A stretch of 7,347 nt of DNA from a virus (lineage: Duplodnaviria; Heunggongvirae; Uroviricota; Caudoviricetes): positions 1 through 7,347 of IMG/VR virus record IMGVR_UViG_2671180433_000009. One strand, written 5' to 3'. A model generated the notes under the pieces. It searched no databases. It was not told the origin of the DNA and saw only the letters and a program-made list of their open reading frames with translations. The position numbers and the translations under genes are program-made. Shown in pieces: positions 1 through 7,347 of this stretch (the first letter of the stretch is position 1; each line of letters starts with the position of its first letter).

Positions 1-319
1 CGCGCACAGACGGCCCCGCCATTACGCTGAACCAGCGGTTACGCACGGAATCTTCATGCCAGCGGGTATCGCTGTAACGGGTAATCTGGCGATTCCTGTC
101 TCCTGCATAGCTGAATGACGTCACCAGCCCCAGCGTGTCCGTGAATTCATAACGGTATTTCACGTTAATCCCGTTAAGATTATCGCTACCGGGAGCGTTC
201 GTCCGGGCATGAAGATACCCCGCGCTCAGCGTGGCCTGCTGCTCAGACGCCCATGCAGGCGCACCGGATACGGTCAGATAAATGGCTGCGGACAAAATGG
301 CGGCATAAAGTTTACGCAT
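1..319 (-). CDS. lom: Lom outer-membrane protein (Ail/Lom/OmpX family beta-barrel), N-terminal 106 codons; 3' end lies beyond window start
   Basis: Reverse complement of 1-319 translates without stops from ATG (317-319) as [106 protein letters not shown]. This matches phage lambda Lom as I recall it, including a signal-peptide-like N-terminus ending AWA. Position directly downstream of J is as in lambda. Not in the ORF track because it is truncated by the window edge. Confidence 0.9.
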   Translation of the reverse strand, partial: MRKLYAAILSAAIYLTVSGAPAWASEQQATLSAGYLHARTNAPGSDNLNGINVKYRYEFTDTLGLVTSFSYAGDRNRQITRYSDTRWHEDSVRNRWFSVMAGPSVR

Positions 320-324
320 AATTA

Positions 325-330
325 CCTCTC
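325..330 (-). promoter_or_regulatory. Shine-Dalgarno sequence for lom (GAGAGG, 5 nt upstream of ATG)
   Basis: Minus-strand sequence reads gcGAGAGGtaattATG immediately upstream of the lom start codon. Confidence 0.55.
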
Positions 331-340
331 GCTTTTCTGC

Positions 341-370
341 AATAAAAAAGGCGTCATTCCTGACGCCCTT
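341..370 (-). terminator. Rho-independent terminator between the J stop codon and lom
   Basis: Minus-strand sequence reads aaaGGGCGTCA-ggaa-TGACGCCttttttatt: a 7-bp perfect GC-rich stem (extendable with a G-U pair), 4-nt loop, then a T-run. On the plus strand it is preceded by an A-run, so it could be bidirectional. Sits 20 nt after the J allele-A stop (390-392). Confidence 0.6.
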
Positions 371-389
371 TATTGGGGTTATAAATATT

Positions 390-1986
390 TCAACGAATAC
401 TGATGCCGGAAGCAGCTTTTTTGGTCACAATCACCGTACAGTCGGTGATATTGCCTGCCCCCTGATTGCCTTTCTGGAAAATCTTAAACTCCAGAGTGAC
501 GCTACCACCACCACTAGGCATATCAATAACTGCACTGTAACTACCGGGAATGGCCCCTTTAGTTTCTCTGGATGCGATTAATACGCCGTTTTTGCGAACT
601 TCAAAACCATAACCCGTGTATCGCGTGCCTCCTGGGTTATTTCCGCTCCCCGGATCGTCATACGCTATACCGTTAAAAATAATGGGCGGAATAATAATCT
701 GGCGGTCAAAGTTATGATCATCGCTGATGGTGACTGTAACCGTACCGTTTGGTGTTTCCGTGTTACCCCACGTACCGACTTTTTTCGGGAAGGCTTTTGA
801 TACAGCTTTAACGAAATCCCCTCTGACCTGGGTCGCCTCCAGCATGCCCTTAATCGTACAGTTCTGGTTAATCGTGACATTGTTGAGCGCTCCTGAGTTC
901 GCATTCACACTGCCACTGATATCCGCATTTTTCGCCGTCAGTCGCCCGTCTGGTGTCAGGGAAAATGCCGGAGGATTACCGCCGCTGGTAATGGTGGGAG
1001 CCGTCAGATATTTCAGGAACACTTCATTCATGAATATCTGATCGCCCTGACCAACAAACATCGGCTTTGTGTTGCCATTCGCAGGATTAATCATCGCAAT
1101 CCTGTCTGCTGCCAGCAGCACCTGACTCTGCATGCCGTCGGGGGTGTTCTCAATACCGGCACCGATACCCGCAATATAAAGGCGTCCGTCCTGCATCTGC
1201 TGCAGCTTCACTGCCCACATGCTGTTCAGGTTATTATTTGTATCAACCTGAACCTTCTGTATCTGCTGGATCGCTGCACTCTGGTCTTCCAGTTTCTTAT
1301 TGACGGTCTGTGTTATTTCATTGCTGACATCCGTTATGGACGTCCTGATTTCAGTCAGGTCAGGCGCAAGCTGACCGTTATCAATCTGCGTCCACAGCTC
1401 CTGAGCCAGATGGGTTTTCCCTATCTCGCCTTTGAAAAAATCCAGATAGCCGGATGCATCATCACTCGGCTGACCAACAGCCTCCACGAATGCCGATTTG
1501 CCAACGGTGTTCACACTGCGGATATAAAAGTAATAATCATGGCCCGGTTTGATATTGATACTGGCGGCTATCCAGTACAGCCCCGTGCCAAGGTAGCGGG
1601 CTGTGGTTTCAACCTGCCTGATATCGGTAATCCGCGTTTCCGAAAACCAGAACTCAAACTGTACCGTCGGGTCATACACCGCAAGACGCGGGACCGCTGT
1701 TATCTGAAAATAGCCCGGTGTCAGCTCAATCGTGGCGGGTACCGCAGGTGCATTAATCCTGAACGTGGTGGTGGCCGGTTCCCCCTGCTGGCCATAACTG
1801 TTAATTGCCCTGACTGTCAGGGTGTATTCCCCGAGCGGCAGACCACTGAAACGATGCTCTGTATCCGCAGTGATGGCGGTGGTCACCAGACGGCTGTCTT
1901 CTCCGCTTCCGTTGGTCAGGCGCAGACTGAAGCGCACACCCTTCACCACCCGCGGCGTGTCCCATTTCGCCTGTGCCAGATACTGA
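390..1986 (-). CDS. J: Host-specificity protein J (central tail fibre) allele A, 3' fragment: FN3-like region, central region and complete C-terminal receptor-binding module with native stop; 5'-truncated, no convincing start or RBS
   Basis: Track ORF 390..1949 (519 aa; its reported start is a GTG, not ATG). J homology in the same frame begins at the codon at 1983-1985 ([23 protein letters not shown]...). Encoded motifs such as [59 protein letters not shown] and [31 protein letters not shown] closely match lambda gpJ as I recall it. Ends ...[10 protein letters not shown] then stop at 390-392. Homology breaks at 1986/1987, where it abuts the stop codon of the allele-B copy. Confidence 0.8.
1050..1986. 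repeat. Direct repeat R1, copy 1 (937 bp; J allele A FN3/central region)
   Basis: Matches 5902-6838 at a constant offset of 4852 bp. Identical at every stretch I compared by eye (1201-1260, 1801-1920, both ends). Encoded J protein segments are identical, and the antisense ORFs 1410..1994 and 6262..6909 share their first 192 aa. Identity ends at 1049/5901 and 1987/6839. Confidence 0.9.
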
Positions 1987-4299
1987 TCAGCTAATCGTGA
2001 TGCCTGCAGTGGCTTTCTTCATCACCACAACCAGCAAATCGCTGATACTTGCTGTGGGATACCAGTTATTTACCAGCCATGCTGACACCGAAAACTCCAG
2101 TGTCATGTGACCGTGACCGGCAGGCATATCAATAACGCCACTGTAAATCAGCGTATTATCCAGCGCGGTACGGTTATAAATTTCAGCACCGTTTTTCCGC
2201 ACTATCAGACGGCATGAGGAGTAAATATCAGTATGCTCTCTCTCATGCTTAGCGCCACTGAATGCCACCGCCGGAATAACAATCTGCCGGTCAAACGGCT
2301 GATCATCATAAACCCTGACGGTAATGCTCCCTGATGGCCACCGCTCCGGTGCACGGGAGTCCCGGGGGAAAGCTTTGCCCACTGTTTTAACGAGATCGCC
2401 TTCAATCTGGTTCGCGGACAGTTTTCCCAGAACCCGACAGTTCTCGTTAATCGTGACGTTGTTGAGCGTCCCGGAATTCGCATTCACGTTACCGCTGATA
2501 TCAGCATTTCTTGCGGTCAGCCTGCCCTCCGGCGTCAGGGAAAACGTCGGGGGATTGCCGGACGAGGTGATACTCACCGCAAACAGCCGCTTCAGGAACA
2601 CATCGTTCATGAACAACTGATTCCCCTGCGCCACAAATAACGGCGTGGTGTTGCCGTCCTCCGGGTTAATCATCGCAATACGGTCAGCCAGCAGCAGTAT
2701 GTTGCTCAGGGGCTGGCCATCAGTATCCTCAATCCCCGCTCCAATACCGGCAACATAGGGTATGCCATTTTTTGTTTTCTGTACCTTCAGCATGTAAAGT
2801 GCAGCCAGGTCATCATTTGTGTCCTTCTGCACGCGCTGTATCTGCTGTATGGTGGCGCTCTGGTCCTCCAGCGTTTTACTGACCGTCTGTGTGATTTCAT
2901 TGCGGGTTTCTGTGATGGTGGTCTTCATCTCCGCCATCTCATCTGCAAGCTGGCTGTTATCTATCAGTTCCCACAACCCCTGAGCCAGATGCAGTTTTCC
3001 TATTTTTTCCCGGAACAGCCCCAGATACCCTTCTGCATCATTGCTGGCCCGGCCACTGGCTTCCACAAAAGCAGATTTCCCCACCAGGTTGACGCTGCGC
3101 ACGTAAAACCAGAAATCCTTCCCGGGCTTAATGTGCGGGCCGGATACACTCCACTGACTGCCGGTCCCCAGATAACGGGCAGAGGTTTCCACCTGAGATG
3201 TATCTGCGATTTTTGTCTCCGAAAACCAGAACTCAAACTGTACCGTCGGGTCATACACCGCAAGACGCGGGACCGCTGTTATCTGAAAATAGCCCGGTGT
3301 CAGCTCAATCGTGGCGGGTACCGCAGGTGCATTAATCCTGAACGTGGTGGTGGCCGGTTCCCCCTGCTGGCCATAACTGTTAATTGCCCTGACTGTCAGG
3401 GTGTATTCCCCGAGCGGCAGACCACTGAAACGATGCTCTGTATCCGCAGTGATGGCGGTGGTCACCAGACGGCTGTCTTCTCCGCTTCCGCTGGTCAGGC
3501 GCAGACTGAAGCGCACACCCTTCACCACCCGCGGCGTGTCCCATTTCGCCTGTGCCAGATACTGGCCGTCAGCTGCGCTCACCTCCACCGTCAGGTGCTG
3601 CACTGCCGGAGGGATGACGCTGTTCAGGGTGCCGCTCTGGTCGCCGTCAAAGTGCGCCCCGTTATCCACGATGGCTTCTTTCTCCGGCACGTGCTGCACC
3701 GCCGTGATGGCAAAGGTGCCGTCCGTGTTTTCCCGGATGGAGACACAGCGGAACAGGCGACGACGCAGTGACGGCAGGGAGAGTCCCCATACACCGTATG
3801 TCTCCACACCATCAGGCAGGGTGCTGACCTGTATCCGGTCCGGCGCGGGGTGTGCGGTGATGTCCACACTCACCGGCTTACCGCTGCCGTTAATCAGGTT
3901 CACCGTGGCGGCACCGGTCTCCGGCAGTGTCACCTCACGGTCCAGCGTCAGGGTGCGGCTGGCGGCATCGATGGACAGGACACGTCCGCCGGTCATGGTC
4001 CCGGCATAGTCGTTATCACAGATTTCAATGATGTCACCGGGTGTGTGACGCAGCCCCTGTGACCCGAGCGTGAAATCCACCGTCTGCGTTTCCAGCTGTC
4101 CGGTCTTTATCACCCACAGCCCGGCACGGTGGGCCTGACCGCGACTGGTGCAGCCGAACGCATCCATCTTCAGCAGGTTGCGCCCGTAGCGCAGTATGGC
4201 TTCCGGGTCTTCCACCAGTTCCGTGGAGGTCTGCCAGCCGTTCTGCGGGTCGGTGTAATTCACCTCCACCGCCGTGTGAGGCAACATAGGGTATGCCAT
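1987..4299 (-). CDS. J: Host-specificity protein J allele B, 3' two-thirds (770-aa ORF) with complete C-terminal receptor-binding module; 5'-truncated, ATG created at a junction
   Basis: Track ORF 1987..4299. After a junction-derived MAYPMLPH it reads [32 protein letters not shown]...[43 protein letters not shown]..., colinear with lambda gpJ from its AVEVNWIDP region to the C-terminus. Ends ...[14 protein letters not shown] then stop at 1987-1989. The C-terminal roughly 250 aa differ strongly from allele A. Confidence 0.8.
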   Translation of the reverse strand: MAYPMLPHTAVEVNYTDPQNGWQTSTELVEDPEAILRYGRNLLKMDAFGCTSRGQAHRAGLWVIKTGQLETQTVDFTLGSQGLRHTPGDIIEICDNDYAGTMTGGRVLSIDAASRTLTLDREVTLPETGAATVNLINGSGKPVSVDITAHPAPDRIQVSTLPDGVETYGVWGLSLPSLRRRLFRCVSIRENTDGTFAITAVQHVPEKEAIVDNGAHFDGDQSGTLNSVIPPAVQHLTVEVSAADGQYLAQAKWDTPRVVKGVRFSLRLTSGSGEDSRLVTTAITADTEHRFSGLPLGEYTLTVRAINSYGQQGEPATTTFRINAPAVPATIELTPGYFQITAVPRLAVYDPTVQFEFWFSETKIADTSQVETSARYLGTGSQWSVSGPHIKPGKDFWFYVRSVNLVGKSAFVEASGRASNDAEGYLGLFREKIGKLHLAQGLWELIDNSQLADEMAEMKTTITETRNEITQTVSKTLEDQSATIQQIQRVQKDTNDDLAALYMLKVQKTKNGIPYVAGIGAGIEDTDGQPLSNILLLADRIAMINPEDGNTTPLFVAQGNQLFMNDVFLKRLFAVSITSSGNPPTFSLTPEGRLTARNADISGNVNANSGTLNNVTINENCRVLGKLSANQIEGDLVKTVGKAFPRDSRAPERWPSGSITVRVYDDQPFDRQIVIPAVAFSGAKHEREHTDIYSSCRLIVRKNGAEIYNRTALDNTLIYSGVIDMPAGHGHMTLEFSVSAWLVNNWYPTASISDLLVVVMKKATAGITIS
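2749..4278. repeat. Tandem duplication R2, copy 1 (1530 bp; J allele B from AVEVNYT to NGIPYVA)
   Basis: Matches 4280-5806 head-to-tail at offset 1531 at the low end and 1528 at the high end (one 3-bp indel). Antisense ORFs 3000..3263 and 4531..4794 are identical. The upstream third of the unit carries scattered substitutions, mostly transitions, for example 3411-3510 versus 4942-5041. Confidence 0.85.
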
Positions 4300-5902
4300 T
4301 TTTTGTTTTCTGTACCTTCAGCATGTAAAGTGCAGCCAGGTCATCATTTGTGTCCTTCTGCACGCGCTGTATCTGCTGTATGGTGGCGCTCTGGTCCTCC
4401 AGCGTTTTACTGACCGTCTGTGTGATTTCATTGCGGGTTTCTGTGATGGTGGTCTTCATCTCCGCCATCTCATCTGCAAGCTGGCTGTTATCTATCAGTT
4501 CCCACAACCCCTGAGCCAGATGCAGTTTTCCTATTTTTTCCCGGAACAGCCCCAGATACCCTTCTGCATCATTGCTGGCCCGGCCACTGGCTTCCACAAA
4601 AGCAGATTTCCCCACCAGGTTGACGCTGCGCACGTAAAACCAGAAATCCTTCCCGGGCTTAATGTGCGGGCCGGATACACTCCACTGACTGCCGGTCCCC
4701 AGATAACGGGCAGAGGTTTCCACCTGAGATGTATCTGCGATTTTTGTCTCCGAAAACCAGAACTCAAACTGTACCGTCGGGTCATACACCGCAAGACGCG
4801 GGACCGCTGTTATCTGAAAATAGCCCGGTGTCAGCTCAATCGTGGCGGGTACCGCAGGTGCATTAATCCTGAACGTGGTGGTGGCCGGTTCCCCCTGCTG
4901 GCCATAACTGTTAATCGCCCTGACCGTCAGGGTGTATTCCCCCGGCGGCAGACCGCTGAAACGGTGCTCTGTATCCGCGGTGATGGCGGTGGTCACCAGA
5001 CGGCTGTCCTGACCGCTTCCACTGGTCAGGCGCAGACTGAAGCGCACACCCTTCACCACCCGCGGCGTGTCCCATTTCGCCTGCGCCAGATACCGGCCGT
5101 CAGCTGCGCTCACCTCCACCGTCAGGTGCTGCACTGCCGGTGGGATGACGCTGTTCAGGGAACCTGACTGCGGCTCAAAGCGGGCACCGTTATCCACGAT
5201 GGCTTCTTTTTCCGGTACGTGCTGCACCGCCGTGATGGCAAAGGTGCCGTCCGTGTTTTCCCGGATGGAGACACAGCGGAACAGGCGACGGCGCAGTGAC
5301 GGCAGGGAGAGTCCCCACACCCCGTATGTCTCCACACCATCAGGCAGGGTACTGACCTGTATCCGGTCCGGCGCGGGGTGTGCGGTGATGTCCACACTCA
5401 CCGGCTTACCGCTGCCGTTAATCAGGTTCACCGCCGATGTACCTGTCTCCGGCAGGGTAACCTCACGGTCCAGCGTCAGGGTGCGGGTGGCAGCATCAAT
5501 GGACAGGACACGTCCGCCGGTCAGGGTCCCGGCATAGTCATTATCACAGATTTCAATAATGTCACCGGGTGTGTGCCGCAGCCCCTGAGACCCGAGCGTG
5601 AAATCCACCGTCTGCGTTTCCAGCAGTTCGGTCTTTATCACCCACAGTCCGGCACGGTGGGCCTGACCGCGGCTGGTACAGCCGAACGCGTCCATCTTCA
5701 GCAGGTTGCGTCCGTAGCGCAGTATGGCTTCCGGGTCTTCCACCAGTTCCGTGGAGGTCTGCCAGCCGTTCTGCGGGTCGGTGTAATTCACCTCCACCGC
5801 CGCGTGCCGGTCCTTCAGGGCACTGAAGCTGTAGCGGAACCCCACGCCGTTATCATCCACCACCACATCGCTGTTGGTGTACGGCCACACCACATCCGAC
5901 AA
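4034..5902 (-). CDS. J: Host-specificity protein J allele B, internal fragment (about 540 J-homologous codons, 4280-5901), truncated by a frameshift junction near 4279; lacks the C-terminal module
   Basis: Track ORF 4034..5902 (reported start is TTG). Encodes [42 protein letters not shown]... through ...[14 protein letters not shown], then 82 aa of out-of-frame sequence ([15 protein letters not shown]...) that is the next J copy read in the wrong frame, to a stop at 4034-4036. Confidence 0.75.
   Translation of the reverse strand: MSDVVWPYTNSDVVVDDNGVGFRYSFSALKDRHAAVEVNYTDPQNGWQTSTELVEDPEAILRYGRNLLKMDAFGCTSRGQAHRAGLWVIKTELLETQTVDFTLGSQGLRHTPGDIIEICDNDYAGTLTGGRVLSIDAATRTLTLDREVTLPETGTSAVNLINGSGKPVSVDITAHPAPDRIQVSTLPDGVETYGVWGLSLPSLRRRLFRCVSIRENTDGTFAITAVQHVPEKEAIVDNGARFEPQSGSLNSVIPPAVQHLTVEVSAADGRYLAQAKWDTPRVVKGVRFSLRLTSGSGQDSRLVTTAITADTEHRFSGLPPGEYTLTVRAINSYGQQGEPATTTFRINAPAVPATIELTPGYFQITAVPRLAVYDPTVQFEFWFSETKIADTSQVETSARYLGTGSQWSVSGPHIKPGKDFWFYVRSVNLVGKSAFVEASGRASNDAEGYLGLFREKIGKLHLAQGLWELIDNSQLADEMAEMKTTITETRNEITQTVSKTLEDQSATIQQIQRVQKDTNDDLAALYMLKVQKTKNGIPYVASHGGGGELHRPAERLADLHGTGGRPGSHTALRAQPAEDGCVRLHQSRSGPPCRAVGDKDRTAGNADGGFHARVTGAASHTR
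4280..5806. repeat. Tandem duplication R2, copy 2 (1527 bp)
   Basis: See copy 1. The copies abut with one extra nucleotide (4279), giving a frameshift between them. Confidence 0.85.
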
Positions 5903-7347
5903 CCAACAAACATCGGCTTTGTGTTGCCATTCGCAGGATTAATCATCGCAATCCTGTCTGCTGCCAGCAGCACCTGACTCTGCATGCCGTCGGGGGTGTT
6001 CTCAATACCGGCACCGATACCCGCAATATAAAGGCGTCCGTCCTGCATCTGCTGCAGCTTCACTGCCCACATGCTGTTCAGGTTATTATTTGTATCAACC
6101 TGAACCTTCTGTATCTGCTGGATCGCTGCACTCTGGTCTTCCAGTTTCTTATTGACGGTCTGTGTTATTTCATTGCTGACATCCGTTATGGACGTCCTGA
6201 TTTCAGTCAGGTCAGGCGCAAGCTGACCGTTATCAATCTGCGTCCACAGCTCCTGAGCCAGATGGGTTTTCCCTATCTCGCCTTTGAAAAAATCCAGATA
6301 GCCGGATGCATCATCACTCGGCTGACCAACAGCCTCCACGAATGCCGATTTGCCAACGGTGTTCACACTGCGGATATAAAAGTAATAATCATGGCCCGGT
6401 TTGATATTGATACTGGCGGCTATCCAGTACAGCCCCGTGCCAAGGTAGCGGGCTGTGGTTTCAACCTGCCTGATATCGGTAATCCGCGTTTCCGAAAACC
6501 AGAACTCAAACTGTACCGTCGGGTCATACACCGCAAGACGCGGGACCGCTGTTATCTGAAAATAGCCCGGTGTCAGCTCAATCGTGGCGGGTACCGCAGG
6601 TGCATTAATCCTGAACGTGGTGGTGGCCGGTTCCCCCTGCTGGCCATAACTGTTAATTGCCCTGACTGTCAGGGTGTATTCCCCGAGCGGCAGACCACTG
6701 AAACGATGCTCTGTATCCGCAGTGATGGCGGTGGTCACCAGACGGCTGTCTTCTCCGCTTCCGTTGGTCAGGCGCAGACTGAAGCGCACACCCTTCACCA
6801 CCCGCGGCGTGTCCCATTTCGCCTGTGCCAGATACTGACCGTCAGCCGCGCTCACCTCCACCGTCAGGTGCTGCACTGCCGGTGGAATAACGCTGTTCAG
6901 GGAACCTGACTGCGGCTCAAAGCTGGCCCCGTTATCCACAATGGCTTCTTTTTCCGGTACGTGCTGCACCGCCGTGATGGCAAAGGTGCCCTCCGTGTTT
7001 TCCCGGATGGAGACACAGCGGAACAGGCGACGACGCAGTGACGGCAGGGAGAGTCCCCATACACCGTATGTCTCCACACCATCAGGCAGGGTGCTGACCT
7101 GTATCCGGTCCGGCGCGGGGTGTGCAGTGATGTCCACACTCACCGGCTTACCGCTGCCGTTAATCAGGTTCACCGTGGCGGCACCGGTCTCCGGAAGTGT
7201 CACTTCACGGTCCAGCGTCAGGGTGCGGGTGGCAGCATCAATGGACAGGACACGTCCGCCGGTCATGGTCCCGGCATAGTCGTTATCACAGATTTCAATG
7301 ATGTCACCGGGTGTGTGACGCAGCCCCTGTGACCCGAGCGTGAAATC
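5815..7347 (-). CDS. J: Host-specificity protein J allele A, main reading frame entering from beyond the window end; J-homologous to 5902, then frameshifted with premature stop at 5815-5817
   Basis: Frame is open from window end 7347 (the track lists it from an internal ATG at 7266). Encodes [37 protein letters not shown]...[21 protein letters not shown]... through ...[13 protein letters not shown], identical in protein sequence to the 390-1986 copy over about 310 aa. After 5902 it reads [28 protein letters not shown] then stop: this is the upstream J region of the next copy read out of frame. Confidence 0.8.
   Translation of the reverse strand, partial: DFTLGSQGLRHTPGDIIEICDNDYAGTMTGGRVLSIDAATRTLTLDREVTLPETGAATVNLINGSGKPVSVDITAHPAPDRIQVSTLPDGVETYGVWGLSLPSLRRRLFRCVSIRENTEGTFAITAVQHVPEKEAIVDNGASFEPQSGSLNSVIPPAVQHLTVEVSAADGQYLAQAKWDTPRVVKGVRFSLRLTNGSGEDSRLVTTAITADTEHRFSGLPLGEYTLTVRAINSYGQQGEPATTTFRINAPAVPATIELTPGYFQITAVPRLAVYDPTVQFEFWFSETRITDIRQVETTARYLGTGLYWIAASINIKPGHDYYFYIRSVNTVGKSAFVEAVGQPSDDASGYLDFFKGEIGKTHLAQELWTQIDNGQLAPDLTEIRTSITDVSNEITQTVNKKLEDQSAAIQQIQKVQVDTNNNLNSMWAVKLQQMQDGRLYIAGIGAGIENTPDGMQSQVLLAADRIAMINPANGNTKPMFVGCRMWCGRTPTAMWWWMITAWGSATASVP
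5902..6838. repeat. Direct repeat R1, copy 2 (937 bp)
   Basis: See copy 1; same orientation, offset 4852 bp. Confidence 0.9.

Noticed and set aside
209-403. Plus-strand 64-aa ORF 209..403
   Set aside because: Antisense to the lom 5' end and runs through the terminator hairpin. lom on the opposite strand is far better supported.
1980-1995. Microhomology-mediated joining at the 1986/1987 junction (GCTGA / TCAG shared between allele-B end and allele-A parent)
   Set aside because: Only a few nucleotides, and the join is not a clean microhomology product (3 nt unaccounted for). The breakpoint mechanism cannot be assigned without the donor sequences.
4180-5760. Chi recombination hotspot (GCTGGTGG) near the repeats
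   Set aside because: Closest matches seen are ACTGGTGG on the minus strand (about 4211-4218 and 5718-5725), which lack the required 5' G. No exact Chi site found by eye.
2749-5806. Diversity-generating retroelement (template/variable repeat pair)
   Set aside because: Differences between the two copies are mostly T/C and A/G transitions in both directions plus a 3-bp indel, not adenine-specific substitutions. The repeats are about 1.5 kb rather than about 100-150 bp, and there is no reverse transcriptase gene in the window.
1050-6838. Possible CRISPR array or other short-repeat array suggested by the repetitiveness
   Set aside because: Repeats are 0.9-1.5 kb of protein-coding DNA, not 25-40-bp units separated by unique spacers.
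665-7139. Short minus-strand ORFs in alternative frames (665..904, 2205..2483, 3000..3263, 3624..3869, 4531..4794, 5155..5397, 6897..7139)
   Set aside because: Out-of-frame overlaps inside J. No ribosome-binding sites, and no recognisable protein features.
727-7332. Plus-strand ORFs in the track (727..1041, 1410..1994, 2324..2620, 2989..3771, 3401..4009, 3850..4062, 4129..4413, 4520..5167, 5067..5537, 5378..5977, 6262..6909, 6941..7279, 7120..7332), some over 200 aa
   Set aside because: All lie antisense to strongly supported J coding sequence. Their products are Arg/Cys/Gly/Pro-rich and low-complexity, as expected from GC-rich coding DNA read backwards. Their apparent conservation between copies only reflects the DNA repeats.
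390-7347. Invertible tail-fibre switch (shufflon, Gin/Cin/Min-type)
   Set aside because: All J fragments are in the same orientation. No inverted repeats bracket the alternative C-terminal modules, and there is no invertase gene in the window. Any switching would have to be by deletion between direct repeats.

Overview
Almost the whole window is minus-strand DNA derived from a lambda-like phage tail gene cluster: four concatenated, partly overlapping fragments of the host-specificity / central tail fibre gene J, followed by an intrinsic terminator and the 5' part of lom. The J material is a mosaic of two alleles (A and B) joined at three abrupt, non-homologous junctions (1986/1987, about 4279, 5901/5902). 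It contains a 937-bp direct repeat (1050-1986 = 5902-6838), a 1.53-kb head-to-tail tandem duplication (2749-4278 / 4280-5806), and two different complete C-terminal receptor-binding modules, each ending in its own stop codon (allele B at 1987, allele A at 390). The J reading frame entering from the window end is frameshifted at 5902 and stops at 5815, so as written it would lack a receptor-binding domain. I cannot tell from sequence alone whether this is a genuine rearranged prophage locus (possibly a substrate for recombinational tail-tip switching) or a chimeric assembly of several prophage J copies. All plus-strand ORFs in the track are antisense artefacts of the J coding DNA. I see no CRISPR array, tRNA/rRNA gene, or transposase or integrase gene, and nothing that looks like a defence system.
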